Notes under the pieces: model-generated
Told to the model about the DNA's origin: nothing
What the model saw: the letters and a program-made list of their open reading frames with translations, nothing else
Databases searched by the model: none
Made by a program: the position numbers and the translations under genes
Shown: piece by piece, positions 1-9,900 of the stretch
How the letters are laid out: each line of letters opens with the position of its first letter
Position numbering within the stretch: the first letter of the stretch is position 1
Source of the DNA: an uncultured Gemmatimonadales bacterium
GTDB taxonomy: Bacteria; Gemmatimonadota; Gemmatimonadetes; Longimicrobiales; RSA9
NCBI GenBank assembly: GCA_963798845.1
Contig: CAWCUS010000002.1
Coordinates: 64,001-128,000, forward strand
DNA: 64,000 nt
Direction of reading: 5' to 3'

Positions 1-20
1 ACCGCACTGCCAGCGCCGGC

Positions 21-842
21 TCAGCGCCCCCCGCCGTCCCGCGGGCCGGAGAACGGGCGGAAAGCCACGCCCAGCGTGATGGCGATCATGTTGGCGTCCG
101 TCGTGGTGCTGCGGACGTCGAGTGTGCCGTCGCCGTTCTGGGTGATGTCACCTTCGCGAACGTACGAAACCCGCCCGTTGTGCTGGTAATGGGTCCCGAG
201 GGCAAGGGACACCTGCCGGTAGACGGGGAGGCGCAGCTCACCGCCCGTGGACCAGGCGAGGAAGGTGTCGTGGAAGTGGCTGGTGTCGAACACGCCATCT
301 CCGCCACCGCTGACGCCGTCGAGCGACGAGGAGACACCGAAATAGCCCAGCCCGGCCGTCGCATCCAGGACGATCTCGCTCCGGCCGAGCGGAAGCGCCA
401 GCTCGGGGCCGCCACCGAAGAAGACAGAGGAGTACGTGGTGTTCACCGACACGTGAATCCAGCAGCCGATGGGTTGAGAGAGGCAGAACTCTCGCCGGTC
501 CATGCCGTAGATCGCACCACGGAACTCGGCCCGGAGTCGCACCACCCGCGCCGGGTCCAACGCCCAGGCCACCGACCCGGCAAGGCCCACGCCCGGGCCG
601 GTCTTCAGGCCCCCCAGCGGCTGCGTGTCCAGGAGAGCGGCCGACGCACTGAAGCGCGACATCACCCGCCCCGTTGCCTGCGCAGTGCCGGGCGAGGGCA
701 GCGCCCCCAGGGCGAGGAGCGCGCAGAGGGACAGCAGCCCGAGCCACTCGCGCCGCGCGGCGAGAAGACGGGGCAAGGGAAAGCGCCACACGAGAGGGAA
801 GCGAACGACTGCGGCGGCCGGGATGGACAGTGCGAAGTTCAT
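21..842 (-). CDS. Hypothetical exported protein, possibly outer-membrane beta-barrel
   Basis: ATG at 842 follows GGAGAGG. Hydrophobic signal-like segment (LLSLCALLALGALPSPGTAQA), amphipathic beta-strand pattern and C-terminal ITLGVAFRPF. Confidence 0.55.
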   Translation of the reverse strand: MNFALSIPAAAVVRFPLVWRFPLPRLLAARREWLGLLSLCALLALGALPSPGTAQATGRVMSRFSASAALLDTQPLGGLKTGPGVGLAGSVAWALDPARVVRLRAEFRGAIYGMDRREFCLSQPIGCWIHVSVNTTYSSVFFGGGPELALPLGRSEIVLDATAGLGYFGVSSSLDGVSGGGDGVFDTSHFHDTFLAWSTGGELRLPVYRQVSLALGTHYQHNGRVSYVREGDITQNGDGTLDVRSTTTDANMIAITLGVAFRPFSGPRDGGGR

Positions 843-879
843 GGCGCCTCTCCGGGTTGGAGGACCCACAGGTTCGTTC

Positions 880-908
880 TTGACGTACCGCCGCGCCCCG
901 CCTAACGT
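880..908 (+). promoter_or_regulatory. Putative sigma70 promoter for csp-infA
   Basis: TTGACG (880-885), 17-nt spacer, TAACGT (903-908). Confidence 0.65.
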
Positions 909-960
909 TCCCCGCGCGAGACAGGGGCAGGTTGGGCAAGCTGAGCCGGCGGTTTGATGA

Positions 961-996
961 GACCTGGGGCGACCGTTTGCCCTGGGTCCTTTTTTT
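961..996 (+). terminator. Intrinsic terminator-like hairpin inside the csp 5' leader
   Basis: GACCTGGGGCGA/TTGCCCTGGGTC stem (with G-U pairs) followed by C and a run of 7 T. Confidence 0.7.
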
Positions 997-1025
997 GGCA
1001 ATCAGCGACCGGAGTACGAGCGACG

Positions 1026-1235
1026 ATGCGCACGCAGGGCACGGTGAAGTGGTTCAACGACGCCAAGGGATTCGGGTTCGTCGAGCCGGACGGCGGTGAC
1101 CGGGACTGTTTCGTACACCACTCCTCCATCCTGGGGGAGGGCTTCAAGACCCTCGCCGAGGGGGAGCGGGTCGAATTCGACATGGTCGAGGGGCAGAAGG
1201 GGCCCGCGGCCGAGAACGTGCAGCGCCTCGGCTAG
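1026..1235 (+). CDS. cspA: Cold-shock protein (CspA family)
   Basis: [14 protein letters not shown] (RNP1) and FVHHS (RNP2); 69 aa; GGAG upstream of the ATG. Confidence 0.97.
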   Translation: MRTQGTVKWFNDAKGFGFVEPDGGDRDCFVHHSSILGEGFKTLAEGERVEFDMVEGQKGPAAENVQRLG

Positions 1236-1253
1236 CGTCGGCGCAGCCGAACC

Positions 1254-1294
1254 GAAAGGGCCGCGCCGGGTATGCTCCCTCGCGCGGCCCTTTC
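1254..1294 (+). terminator. Intergenic hairpin between csp and infA
   Basis: GAAAGGGCCGCG ... CGCGGCCCTTTC, perfect 12-bp inverted repeat. Confidence 0.55.
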
Positions 1295-1322
1295 CCAATC
1301 GCGAACCGGAACAGGAGAAGCC

Positions 1323-1541
1323 ATGGCCAAGCAGGAAGGCATCGAAATGGAGGGCGTCGTCACCGACGTGCTCCCCGACCGGATGTACCGCGTCAAGCTG
1401 GAGAACGGCCACGAAGTGCTGGCGTACGCCGCGGGGAAGATGTCGAAGTTCAAGATCCGCGTGCTCACGGGCGACCGGGTCACCCTCGTCCTCTCCCCCT
1501 ACGACCTGACCCGCGGCCGGATCGTCTACCGCCACAAGTGA
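1323..1541 (+). CDS. infA: Translation initiation factor IF-1
   Basis: [13 protein letters not shown]...YRVKLENGH...GKM...IRVLTGDRV...[21 protein letters not shown]. Confidence 0.97.
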   Translation: MAKQEGIEMEGVVTDVLPDRMYRVKLENGHEVLAYAAGKMSKFKIRVLTGDRVTLVLSPYDLTRGRIVYRHK

Positions 1542-2183
1542 GCCCCGACCGGCGCCCCCGGTCACTCCACGCGCACCACACCCAGGCGCGGGCGCGCGCG
1601 CGGCAGGAACTCTCTCGGCCCCTGACCACGGACCGGCCGGGCCAGCCGCCATGAATCGCGCCCAGACCCTCCCTCCGCGCCGCGGACGGCACCCCGAAAT
1701 CGCACTCCGTCCCGACTGACCGGGGCGCAACAGCGCGTGCAGCGGCCTCGCGCTAGCCTTCCCGTGCGCCGAGCCCCGACTCCTCCCCCGGAATCCCCAC
1801 CGCGGTCACCCGCACCGGCACCAGCCCCGCGTCCGATCGCGCACACGCACCGATGGGGGGCGCGGCATTCCGCACTGCGGAGGGCGCAGCGGCCGACCGG
1901 TCCCTGGCTGGCGCCGGCGCCGGCGACGGAAAAGGGCCGACCTTCATACGTGTCCGGGGTTGCGGAGCCCGGGTTGAGGCGCGGACGTGGTGCGGTGTGT
2001 GGGGGGCTGCCGTTCATTGTAGCGGTTGTGGTAGTCGGGAGCCCGGCAGCGGATCGGTAGAAATCCCCACAGAGAAATACCCCTGACTTCCCACAAGCAA
2101 TCCCTGTTGACCCCGACAGTGAAGTCCTCACGTAAGCGGTCATATTGAACGCGAGATCGTGTGGACCCTCATGCGAGGTCGGG

Positions 2184-4127
2184 ATGACCACCGTAACGGC
2201 AGAACAGAAGAGGACTCGCAAGCCGCCGAAAGTGATCGAGGCGAAGGAGCACACCGTCGAGATCGTTTCGGACCCGGGGGAAGGTGCGCAGAAGTGCGGC
2301 CAGATCTTCGGTTCGGTGTCCGCGAAGATGGGCAACGGCGTGTGGACGGTCGAGCTGATACCGGCGGAGATCCAGCCGCCGCCGCGGATGCCGGCGGGAG
2401 CCAGCGGGAACCGGATCCGGATCGGCACCGGAGCGGTGACGAACTGGGGGGACAGCACGAACCTGGTGGTGGCGTTCAACGAGCAGGTGCTGTTGAACCG
2501 GCATCGGGTGGACGCGCTGGCGGACGACGCGGTGATCCTGCTGGAGAACGTGTGGAAGGACCACGCGGACGAGACGATCCGGAGGCAGTGGTCGGCGGCG
2601 ATGAAGGAGCTGTCGTCGAAGCGGTACCGGATCGTCGAGATTCCAATGGACGAGATCTGCCGGACGGTGGTGGACGATCCCCGGAAGGGGAAGAACATGT
2701 TCGCGCTGGGTCTTCTGTCGTGGATCTACGAGCGGGACATGGCGCTGGTGAAGGACCAGATCGCGTACGCGTTCCGGAAGAAGAAGCCCGAGATCACGGA
2801 GAAGAACCACCAGCTGCTGCAGCTCGGTTACGACTGGGCGGCGGAGAACCTGGACTTCCGGGTGCGGGTGGCGCCGACGCCGTCGGATGTGCCGATGGTG
2901 GTGATGAACGGCAACCAGGCGATCGCGCTGGGGGCGGTGGCGGCGGGGATGGAGCTGGCGGCGATGTATCCGATCACGCCGGCGACGTCGGTGTCGCACC
3001 AGCTGGGCGAGATGTTCGAGCGTTTCGGCGGGACTCTGCACCAGGCGGAGGACGAGATCGCGGCGGCGGGCGTGGCGATCGGGGCGTCGTATTCGGGGAA
3101 GGTGGCGTTCACGATCACGTCGGGACCGGGGCTGGCGCTGAAGACGGAGTTCCTGGGGCTGGCGGTGATGACGGAGATCCCGCTGGTGCTGGTGGACGTG
3201 CAGCGAGGCGGGCCGAGCACGGGTCTGCCGACGAAGGTGGAGCAGGGGGACCTGCTGGCCGCGCTGTTCGGGCAGCCCGGCGACGCGCCGCACGTGGTGA
3301 TGGCGCCGGCCACCATCGAGGAGTGCTTCCACGCCATGGTCACGGCGCGGCGGATCGCGGAGATGTTCCGCATGGTGGTGATGGTGCTGAGCGATGCGAA
3401 CCTGGCCACGGGGGTGCAGCCGTTCCCGCGGCCGGTGCCGGAAGCGTCGTGGGTCGCGGGTCCGCCGGACCAGTCGGCGATCCCGGATGGCCTGCGGCCG
3501 TACGACTGGGATCAGAAGACGGGTCTGAGCCGCCGCTTCATCCCCGGTCAGCCGAACGGGATGCACACCTTGACGGGGCTGGCGCACGACGAGAACAGCA
3601 AGGTGGCGTACAGCTCGGACATCAACCAGCACTCGTCCACGATGCGGAGCCGCAAGCTGGCCGTGCTGCACCAGGCGCTGAAGAGGCCGGAGGTGTACGG
3701 CGACGAGGAGGGCGATCTCCTGGTGGTGGGTTGGGGGAGCACGAAGGGGGCCATCGAGGAGGCAGTCGAGCGGGCGCGCGAGGGCGGGCTACGGGTGTCG
3801 TCGCTCCAGCTGCGCTTCCTCTCGCCACTGGAGCCGGGGCTGAAGGAGATCTTCAGCAAGTTCGACCACGTGATGACGGTCGAGATCAACTACAGCGACG
3901 ACCCGGACGATCCCTACGTCACGGCGGAGACCCGGCGGTACGGGCAGCTGGCGTGGCTGCTCCGAGCGCAGACGCTGGTGGACGTGGACTGCTGGACGCG
4001 CGTCCTGGGTGAGCCGCTCCGGCCGCAGGTGATCCACGACGCGATCGTGGACCGCCTGATCCGGGCGGGGAAGATCGGCAAGGCCGGCGGGCGGCGAACG
4101 ACGAAGGGGAAGGGAGGTGCGGCATGA
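2184..4127 (+). CDS. korA: 2-oxoacid:ferredoxin oxidoreductase alpha subunit (gamma-alpha fusion)
   Basis: N-terminal gamma domain (SDPGEGAQKCG), MNGNQA, YPITPA, QAEDEIAA, TSGPG, DVQRGGPSTGLPTK. Substrate not determinable. Confidence 0.92.
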   Translation: MTTVTAEQKRTRKPPKVIEAKEHTVEIVSDPGEGAQKCGQIFGSVSAKMGNGVWTVELIPAEIQPPPRMPAGASGNRIRIGTGAVTNWGDSTNLVVAFNEQVLLNRHRVDALADDAVILLENVWKDHADETIRRQWSAAMKELSSKRYRIVEIPMDEICRTVVDDPRKGKNMFALGLLSWIYERDMALVKDQIAYAFRKKKPEITEKNHQLLQLGYDWAAENLDFRVRVAPTPSDVPMVVMNGNQAIALGAVAAGMELAAMYPITPATSVSHQLGEMFERFGGTLHQAEDEIAAAGVAIGASYSGKVAFTITSGPGLALKTEFLGLAVMTEIPLVLVDVQRGGPSTGLPTKVEQGDLLAALFGQPGDAPHVVMAPATIEECFHAMVTARRIAEMFRMVVMVLSDANLATGVQPFPRPVPEASWVAGPPDQSAIPDGLRPYDWDQKTGLSRRFIPGQPNGMHTLTGLAHDENSKVAYSSDINQHSSTMRSRKLAVLHQALKRPEVYGDEEGDLLVVGWGSTKGAIEEAVERAREGGLRVSSLQLRFLSPLEPGLKEIFSKFDHVMTVEINYSDDPDDPYVTAETRRYGQLAWLLRAQTLVDVDCWTRVLGEPLRPQVIHDAIVDRLIRAGKIGKAGGRRTTKGKGGAA

Positions 4128-5074
4128 TCGCGAGCTGCTCACTGCTGCATGCCGGGAGCGACGATCGCGTGTTCGGCATGGACGACTACGAGGGAGCGCT
4201 GCCTCGCTGGTGCCCCGGGTGCGGGGACATGGCGGTGCTGACGGCGCACCAGCGGCTCCTGAGCGAGGAGCAGCTGAAGCCGGAGGAGACGGTATTCGTC
4301 TCCGGCATCGGCTGCTCGAGCCGCTTTCCGCACTACATGCGCACGTACGGGTTCCACGGGATTCATGGCCGTGCGCTGCCCGTGGCGACGGGCATCAAGC
4401 TGAACCGCCCGGAGCTGAACGTGTTCGTGGTCATGGGCGACGGCGACTGCACCTCGATCGGCGCGGGGCACTGGGTGCACGCGCTCCGCTACAACATGGA
4501 CATGGTGGCGGTCCTGCTGGACAACAACGTGTACGGGCTGACGAAGATGCAGACGTCGCCGACCACGCCGCAGGGCTACAAGACGAACACGCAGCCGCGG
4601 GGCAGCTACCTGCCCGCGCTGAATCCCGTGGAAACCATGCTCGGCCTGACCAACGCGAGCTTCGTCGCCCAGACCGCCGAGTGGATCCCGCAGCACCTGT
4701 ACGCCACGCTTCGCGCAGCTTACCGCCACAAGGGGCTCGGCTTCGTCCGGATCCTCCAGCGGTGCCCGCAGTACACGGCGCCGATCTTCATGGAGGCGGT
4801 GCGGAAGCCGGACAACATCGAGCTGCTGGTCCACGACGACGGCGTGACGGTGCCGGAGATCCACGGGCTCTACAAGAACCACCGGACGCACGACCCCCGG
4901 GACATCGACATGGCCCGCAGGATCGCCGAGGAGGACAGCGGCAGGATCCCGCTGGGCGTGTTCTTCCGCGACGAAAGCCGCCCGCGCTACGAGGAGACGC
5001 GTCGGCTGCCGAAGTACTCGGCGGAGGAGAAGGTGAAGCGCCTGAACGAGGAGCTTGACGACTATGCCGTTTGA
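4124..5074 (+). CDS. korB: 2-oxoacid:ferredoxin oxidoreductase beta subunit (TPP-binding)
   Basis: WCPGCGD, SGIGCS, HGIHGRALP, GDGD...NNVYGLTK; ATGA overlap with korA. Confidence 0.92.
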   Translation: MIASCSLLHAGSDDRVFGMDDYEGALPRWCPGCGDMAVLTAHQRLLSEEQLKPEETVFVSGIGCSSRFPHYMRTYGFHGIHGRALPVATGIKLNRPELNVFVVMGDGDCTSIGAGHWVHALRYNMDMVAVLLDNNVYGLTKMQTSPTTPQGYKTNTQPRGSYLPALNPVETMLGLTNASFVAQTAEWIPQHLYATLRAAYRHKGLGFVRILQRCPQYTAPIFMEAVRKPDNIELLVHDDGVTVPEIHGLYKNHRTHDPRDIDMARRIAEEDSGRIPLGVFFRDESRPRYEETRRLPKYSAEEKVKRLNEELDDYAV

Positions 5075-6053
5075 CGACCTGAGGCGCCGCGCCCTGGGGG
5101 CGCTCGCTCCTCGCCGCGAAGCGTTCCACTCCGCCGTGGCCACGGCGGTGGACGAAGTGCGCACGCTCCTGGCTGCGCAGCGGGCGCCCGCGGATGGCAG
5201 GGCCGCCCGCGTGGCGGCGGAGCTGGGCGCGTTCGCCAGCGGGCGGATCGATGCCGAGCGCTTCGCGGCGGTTTTCGGCGAGCAGGAGACGCTGGACGCG
5301 GACGCTGTGGAGCGGATCGAGGCGGCGCTGGAGGCGCTGACCGAGGTGCTCGAGGCGGGCGATGCGCTGCACTATGTGCGCGTGCCCTCCGGGGCCGACC
5401 TGCGCGACACGGTGCGCGCGGCGCTGGGAAAGGCCGGACGCGCATTTGGCGCCGGCCGGGCCGTGGAGAACGCGCGCTCGGGGGTGAAAGGTCCCCCGTT
5501 CGCCGACGGCTTCGGGCCGGAGCGGTGGAACCGGGCGGAGCGGAGCGTGGCCCCGCCGCTGGTGGTGGACGTGGACGGCGCGGACCTGCGTCCTTCGGGC
5601 CTCGCCGACTATCTCGAAGGCGGACAGGCGTTCGTGCTGCTCGTCCGCAAGCCGGCGCCGCCAGCGGCGCTGGCGCGGCTCATCGCCCCCGGCGCGGTCG
5701 TGGCACAGGGCGCCGAGGCGGGCGTGCTGGAGCTGGTCGGTGGAGTCGACGGGGCCGTGGCGGTCGCGATCGTGCCGGAAGACGCGGCCGCGTTCCGCTA
5801 CCGGGGCGACACCGAGGACGGGCCGGGGTCCCTGGTCGTGGCGTCGCTGCCGGAGGAGGCGCCGCGCGCCATCGGGACGCTGAGCGTGCCCCGGCAGGAG
5901 GCGGACCTGGCGCTGCTCCAGCTCCTGGACGGGGCGGTGGCCGGCCGCGTCGTGGCGGCCGCGTCCGTTCCGGGAGAGGAAGTGGATCCGGCCGACAGGC
6001 TGGCCGCCTGGCTGCTCCGGCAGGCGAACGTTCCGGCGCCGGGGGAGGCCTGA
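5064..6053 (+). CDS. Hypothetical protein in the OFOR-Rnf cluster
   Basis: 329-aa Ala-rich ORF overlapping the korB stop and ending 4 nt before rnfB; no motif recognised. Confidence 0.8.
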   Translation: MPFDDLRRRALGALAPRREAFHSAVATAVDEVRTLLAAQRAPADGRAARVAAELGAFASGRIDAERFAAVFGEQETLDADAVERIEAALEALTEVLEAGDALHYVRVPSGADLRDTVRAALGKAGRAFGAGRAVENARSGVKGPPFADGFGPERWNRAERSVAPPLVVDVDGADLRPSGLADYLEGGQAFVLLVRKPAPPAALARLIAPGAVVAQGAEAGVLELVGGVDGAVAVAIVPEDAAAFRYRGDTEDGPGSLVVASLPEEAPRAIGTLSVPRQEADLALLQLLDGAVAGRVVAAASVPGEEVDPADRLAAWLLRQANVPAPGEA

Positions 6054-6057
6054 TCCC

Positions 6058-6903
6058 ATGCTCCTGTCCCCGATCCTCGGATCGGCCGCGATCGTGGGAG
6101 GCGTGGGCCTCACATTCGGGACGCTGATCGCGCTGGCGAACCGCAAGCTGAAGGTATGGGAAGACCCGCGCATCGACGATGTGGAGGGGCTGCTCCCGGG
6201 ATCGAACTGCGGCGCGTGCGGGCAGGCGGGGTGCCGGGCGTTCGCCCAGGCCGTGATCAGCGGCGAGATCACGCCGGCGCAGTGCACGGTGATGGGCGAG
6301 GACCAGCGCCAGGATGTGGCCGCGTACCTCGGAGTGGACGCTGGACAGGCGGACAAGCGGGTGGCCCGCCTGCTGTGCGCGGGGGGAAGCGACGTGGCCG
6401 CGCGGCGCGCTGAGTACTACGGCGTCGAGAGCTGCGCCGCCGCGGTGGCCGTGGGCGGCGGTGGGAAGGGGTGCACGTGGGGTTGCGTCGGCCTGTCCGA
6501 CTGCGCCGTCGCGTGCGACTTCGACGCCATCGTCATGAACGAGCACGGTCTGCCGGTGGTCGACGTGGAGCTGTGCACCGCCTGCGGCGACTGCGTGGAC
6601 GCGTGCCCGCTCGGGCTGTTCACCATCCTCCCGCTCGACAACCACCTGCTGGTGCAGTGCAAGAGCCTGCTCGAAGGGGATGCCGCCACCGAGGTCTGTT
6701 CCGTGGCGTGCAATGCGTGCGGCCGGTGCGCGGCCGACGCCCCCGCCGGCCTGATCGCAATGAAGAACGGGCTGGCCGTGATCGATCACGGCAAAGCCGA
6801 GCTGGAAACGAAGAACGCCACCGCCCGGTGTCCCACCGGCGCGATCGTGTGGGTCGAGGGCGCGCAGTTCCGCGAGCCCATTGTCGCAGGGAGTATCCGA
6901 TGA
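6058..6903 (+). CDS. rnfB: Rnf electron transport complex subunit B
   Basis: N-terminal TM, LPGSNCGACGQAGC FeS domain, several CxxCxxCxxxC(P) ferredoxin motifs. Confidence 0.95.
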   Translation: MLLSPILGSAAIVGGVGLTFGTLIALANRKLKVWEDPRIDDVEGLLPGSNCGACGQAGCRAFAQAVISGEITPAQCTVMGEDQRQDVAAYLGVDAGQADKRVARLLCAGGSDVAARRAEYYGVESCAAAVAVGGGGKGCTWGCVGLSDCAVACDFDAIVMNEHGLPVVDVELCTACGDCVDACPLGLFTILPLDNHLLVQCKSLLEGDAATEVCSVACNACGRCAADAPAGLIAMKNGLAVIDHGKAELETKNATARCPTGAIVWVEGAQFREPIVAGSIR

Positions 6904-9900
6904 AGATCCCGTTCAGCAAGAAGCCGGCGACTGCCGACGAGCCCCGTTTCCCAGGGGTCCCCGAGGCCATCGACGGCAGCACCGCCATCGTCCAGATGGA
7001 GACCGCGGGCAGCGAGGCCGCCGGCGCCTACCCGATCACCCCGTCCACGCAGATGGGCGAGGGCTGGGCGCTGGCCGTGTCCCAGGGGGCGACGAACGTG
7101 AACGGCCGCCGGCTGCTCTTCTTCGAGCCCGAGGGCGAGCACGCGGCGGCCGGCGTGACCGCCGGCATGAGCATGGTCGGCCTGCGCGCCACCAACTTCT
7201 CCAGCGGCCAGGGCATCGCGTACATGCACGAGAGCCTGTACGCCGCCGCCGGGAAGCGGCTCACGTACGTGCTGAACGTGGCCGCGCGCGCCATGACGAA
7301 GCATGCGCTGAACGTGCACGCCGGCCACGACGACTACCACGCCGTGGACGACACGGGATTCTTCCAGCTCTTCGCCAAGGACGTGCAGAGCGCGGCGGAC
7401 CTGAACCTGATCGCCCACCGGATCGCGGAGCTGTCGCTCAACCCGGGGCTGGTGGCGCAGGACGGATTCCTGACCAGCCACGTCATCGAGACCATCCGGC
7501 TCCCGGAGCGGGAGCTGGTGCGGGAGTACCTGGGCGACCCGTCGGACATCATCGAGTCGCCCACGCCCGCGCAGCGCATGGTCTTCGGCGAGATGCGGCG
7601 GCGCATCCCGGAGCTGTTCGACGTCGACTACCCGGCCATGCTCGGCACGGTGCAGAACCAGGACAGCTACGCACAGGGCGTGGCCGCACAGCGCCCGTTC
7701 TACTTCGACCACGTGCGCGCGCTCGCTGACCGGGCCATGTCCGAGTTCGCCGAGCTCAGCGGACGCCGTTACGCTCCCGTGCTCGGCTACCGTCTGGAGG
7801 ACGCGGACTACGTCCTCGTGGGCCAGGGCTCGGTGATCCCCAACGCCGAGGCGGTCGCCGACTACCTGCGCGAGAAGCGCGGGCTGAAGGTCGGCGTGCT
7901 GGACATGGTCATGTTCCGGCCGTTCCCTTCCGACCTGGTGGCCCGGGCGCTGGCGGGGAAGAAGGCCGTGGCCGTGCTGGAGCGCGTCGACCAGCCTCTC
8001 GCCGTGGACGCGCCGCTGCTGCGGGAGATCCGCGCGGCCATGTCGAAGGCGGTGGAGAACGGCCGCGTCGCCCGGGCGGGGAAGCCGGTGCCGCCGCGCT
8101 ACCCGCTGCCGGAGAACCTGACGGTGAAGCTGCCCCACGAGGGACTGCCGGCGCTGGCCGCAGACCAGGTGCCGGACTTCTACAGCGGCGGTTTCGGCTT
8201 TGGCAGCCGGGACCTCCAGGCCGGCGACCTGGTGGCCGCGGTCGAGAACATGACCGAGGGTGGCTCCGGACGCCGCCAGTACTACCTGGGGATCGAGTTC
8301 GTGCGCAAGAGCACGCGCCTGCCGAAGCTGGAGATCTGGCAGCAGCAGCTGATCGAGGCTTACCCGAAGCTGCCGGAGCTGGCGCTGGAGCCGGTGAAGG
8401 CCGTGAACCTGCTCCCCGAAGGGTCGACCGCGCTGCGCATCCACTCGGTGGGCGGCTGGGGCGCCATCACCATGGGGAAGAACGTGGCGCTCACGGCGTT
8501 CGAGCTGGCGGGGCTGCACGTGAAGGCCAACCCGAAGTACGGCTCCGAGAAGAAGGGGCAGCCCACGACGTTCTACGCCACGCTCAGCCGCGAGCCGGTG
8601 AAGATCAATGCCGAGCTCAAGCACGTGGACGTGGTGCTCTCGCCGGACCCGAACGTGTTCCGGCATTCCAACCCTCTGGCCGGGCTGAGCAAGGGCGGGG
8701 TGTTCGTGATCCAGAGCGACCTCTCGCCGGAGGCGGCATGGGACAGTTTCCCATCGGACGCGAAACGCTACATCCGGTCGCAGGGGATCAAGGTCTACGC
8801 CATCGATGGCTTCAGCATCGCGGGCGAGGAAGCGAGCGACCCGGAGCTGCGCTACCGGATGCAGGGCGCGGCGTTCATGGGCGCGTTCTTCAAGGTCGCG
8901 CCGCTGGCCGAGCGCGAGGGGCTGGATGAGGCGACGCTCCTCGCCGGGATCCAGGACCAGATGAAGCGGAAGTTCGGCAAGCTGGGCGACCGCGTGGTGC
9001 AGGACAACGTGCGCGTGATCCGGCGCGGCTTCGACGAGGTGAAGGAAGTGGTGCCGCGCGCGGAGGAGGGGGAGCCGAACCAGGTGGCGCTCCCCGTCGC
9101 CGGGGTGCCGGAGATGCTGGACGTGCCGGTGGCGGAGATCGGGATCGGCAACCCGGGCCGCTTCTTCGAGCAGGTGTGCTCGCTCTACGGCGCGGGCGAG
9201 GAGCCGATCGCGGACCCGTACGCCGCCATGAGCGCGATCCCGGCCGCCACGAGCGTGATCCGGGACATGACCAACATCCGCTTCGAGGTGCCGGCCTTCA
9301 ACGCCGAGAAGTGCACCGGGTGCGCCCAGTGCTGGATTCAGTGCCCGGACTCCGCGATCCCGGGGCTCGTGAACACCGTGGAGGACCTGCTGGACACGGC
9401 CATCCGGACGGCTTCGAACGGGCGCTCGCTGGACCGGATCCGACAGGTGTCGAAGCACCTGTCGAAGGAAGCCCGGAAGGTCATCGAGGGCGTGCCATTC
9501 AACAACTTCGGCGACACGCTCAAGGCGGCGTACAGGAACCTGGTCCCGAAGCTGAACTGGGAACCGGAGCGGCGGCAGGAGCTGGACGACGATTTCGCCG
9601 CCGTCTACCCGATCCTCGCCCAGTTCCCGCTGGCGAAGACACAGCCGTTCTGGGACGTCCCGGAAGGCAAGGAGAAGGGGAGCGGCGGACTGCTCTCCAT
9701 CACCGTGAACCCGGAAGCGTGCAAGGGCTGCAACATCTGCGTGAACGTGTGCGCGGACGGCGCGCTGACCACCATCAAACAGGATGACGAGGTGGTGGAG
9801 GCGCTGCGGAGGAACTGGGCGTTCTGGAAGGAGCTGCCGGACACGGCCGATCGCTACATCAACGTGCGGGACCTGGAGGAGGGGATCGGCGTCCTGCCCA

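Noticed and set aside
2118..2132. Rex- or CRP-like box upstream of korA (GTGAAGTCCTCAC)
   Set aside because: Half-site spacing is 5 nt rather than 6 and the flanks do not match; too weak to call.
1542..2183. Hidden gene or ncRNA in the 640-nt gap before korA
   Set aside because: Only low-complexity GC-rich ORFs without RBS or motifs; no recognisable RNA family.
6471..6899. N-terminal extension of the 1853-aa ORF
   Set aside because: It overlaps rnfB out of frame and is Arg-rich nonsense; the real start is ATG 6900.
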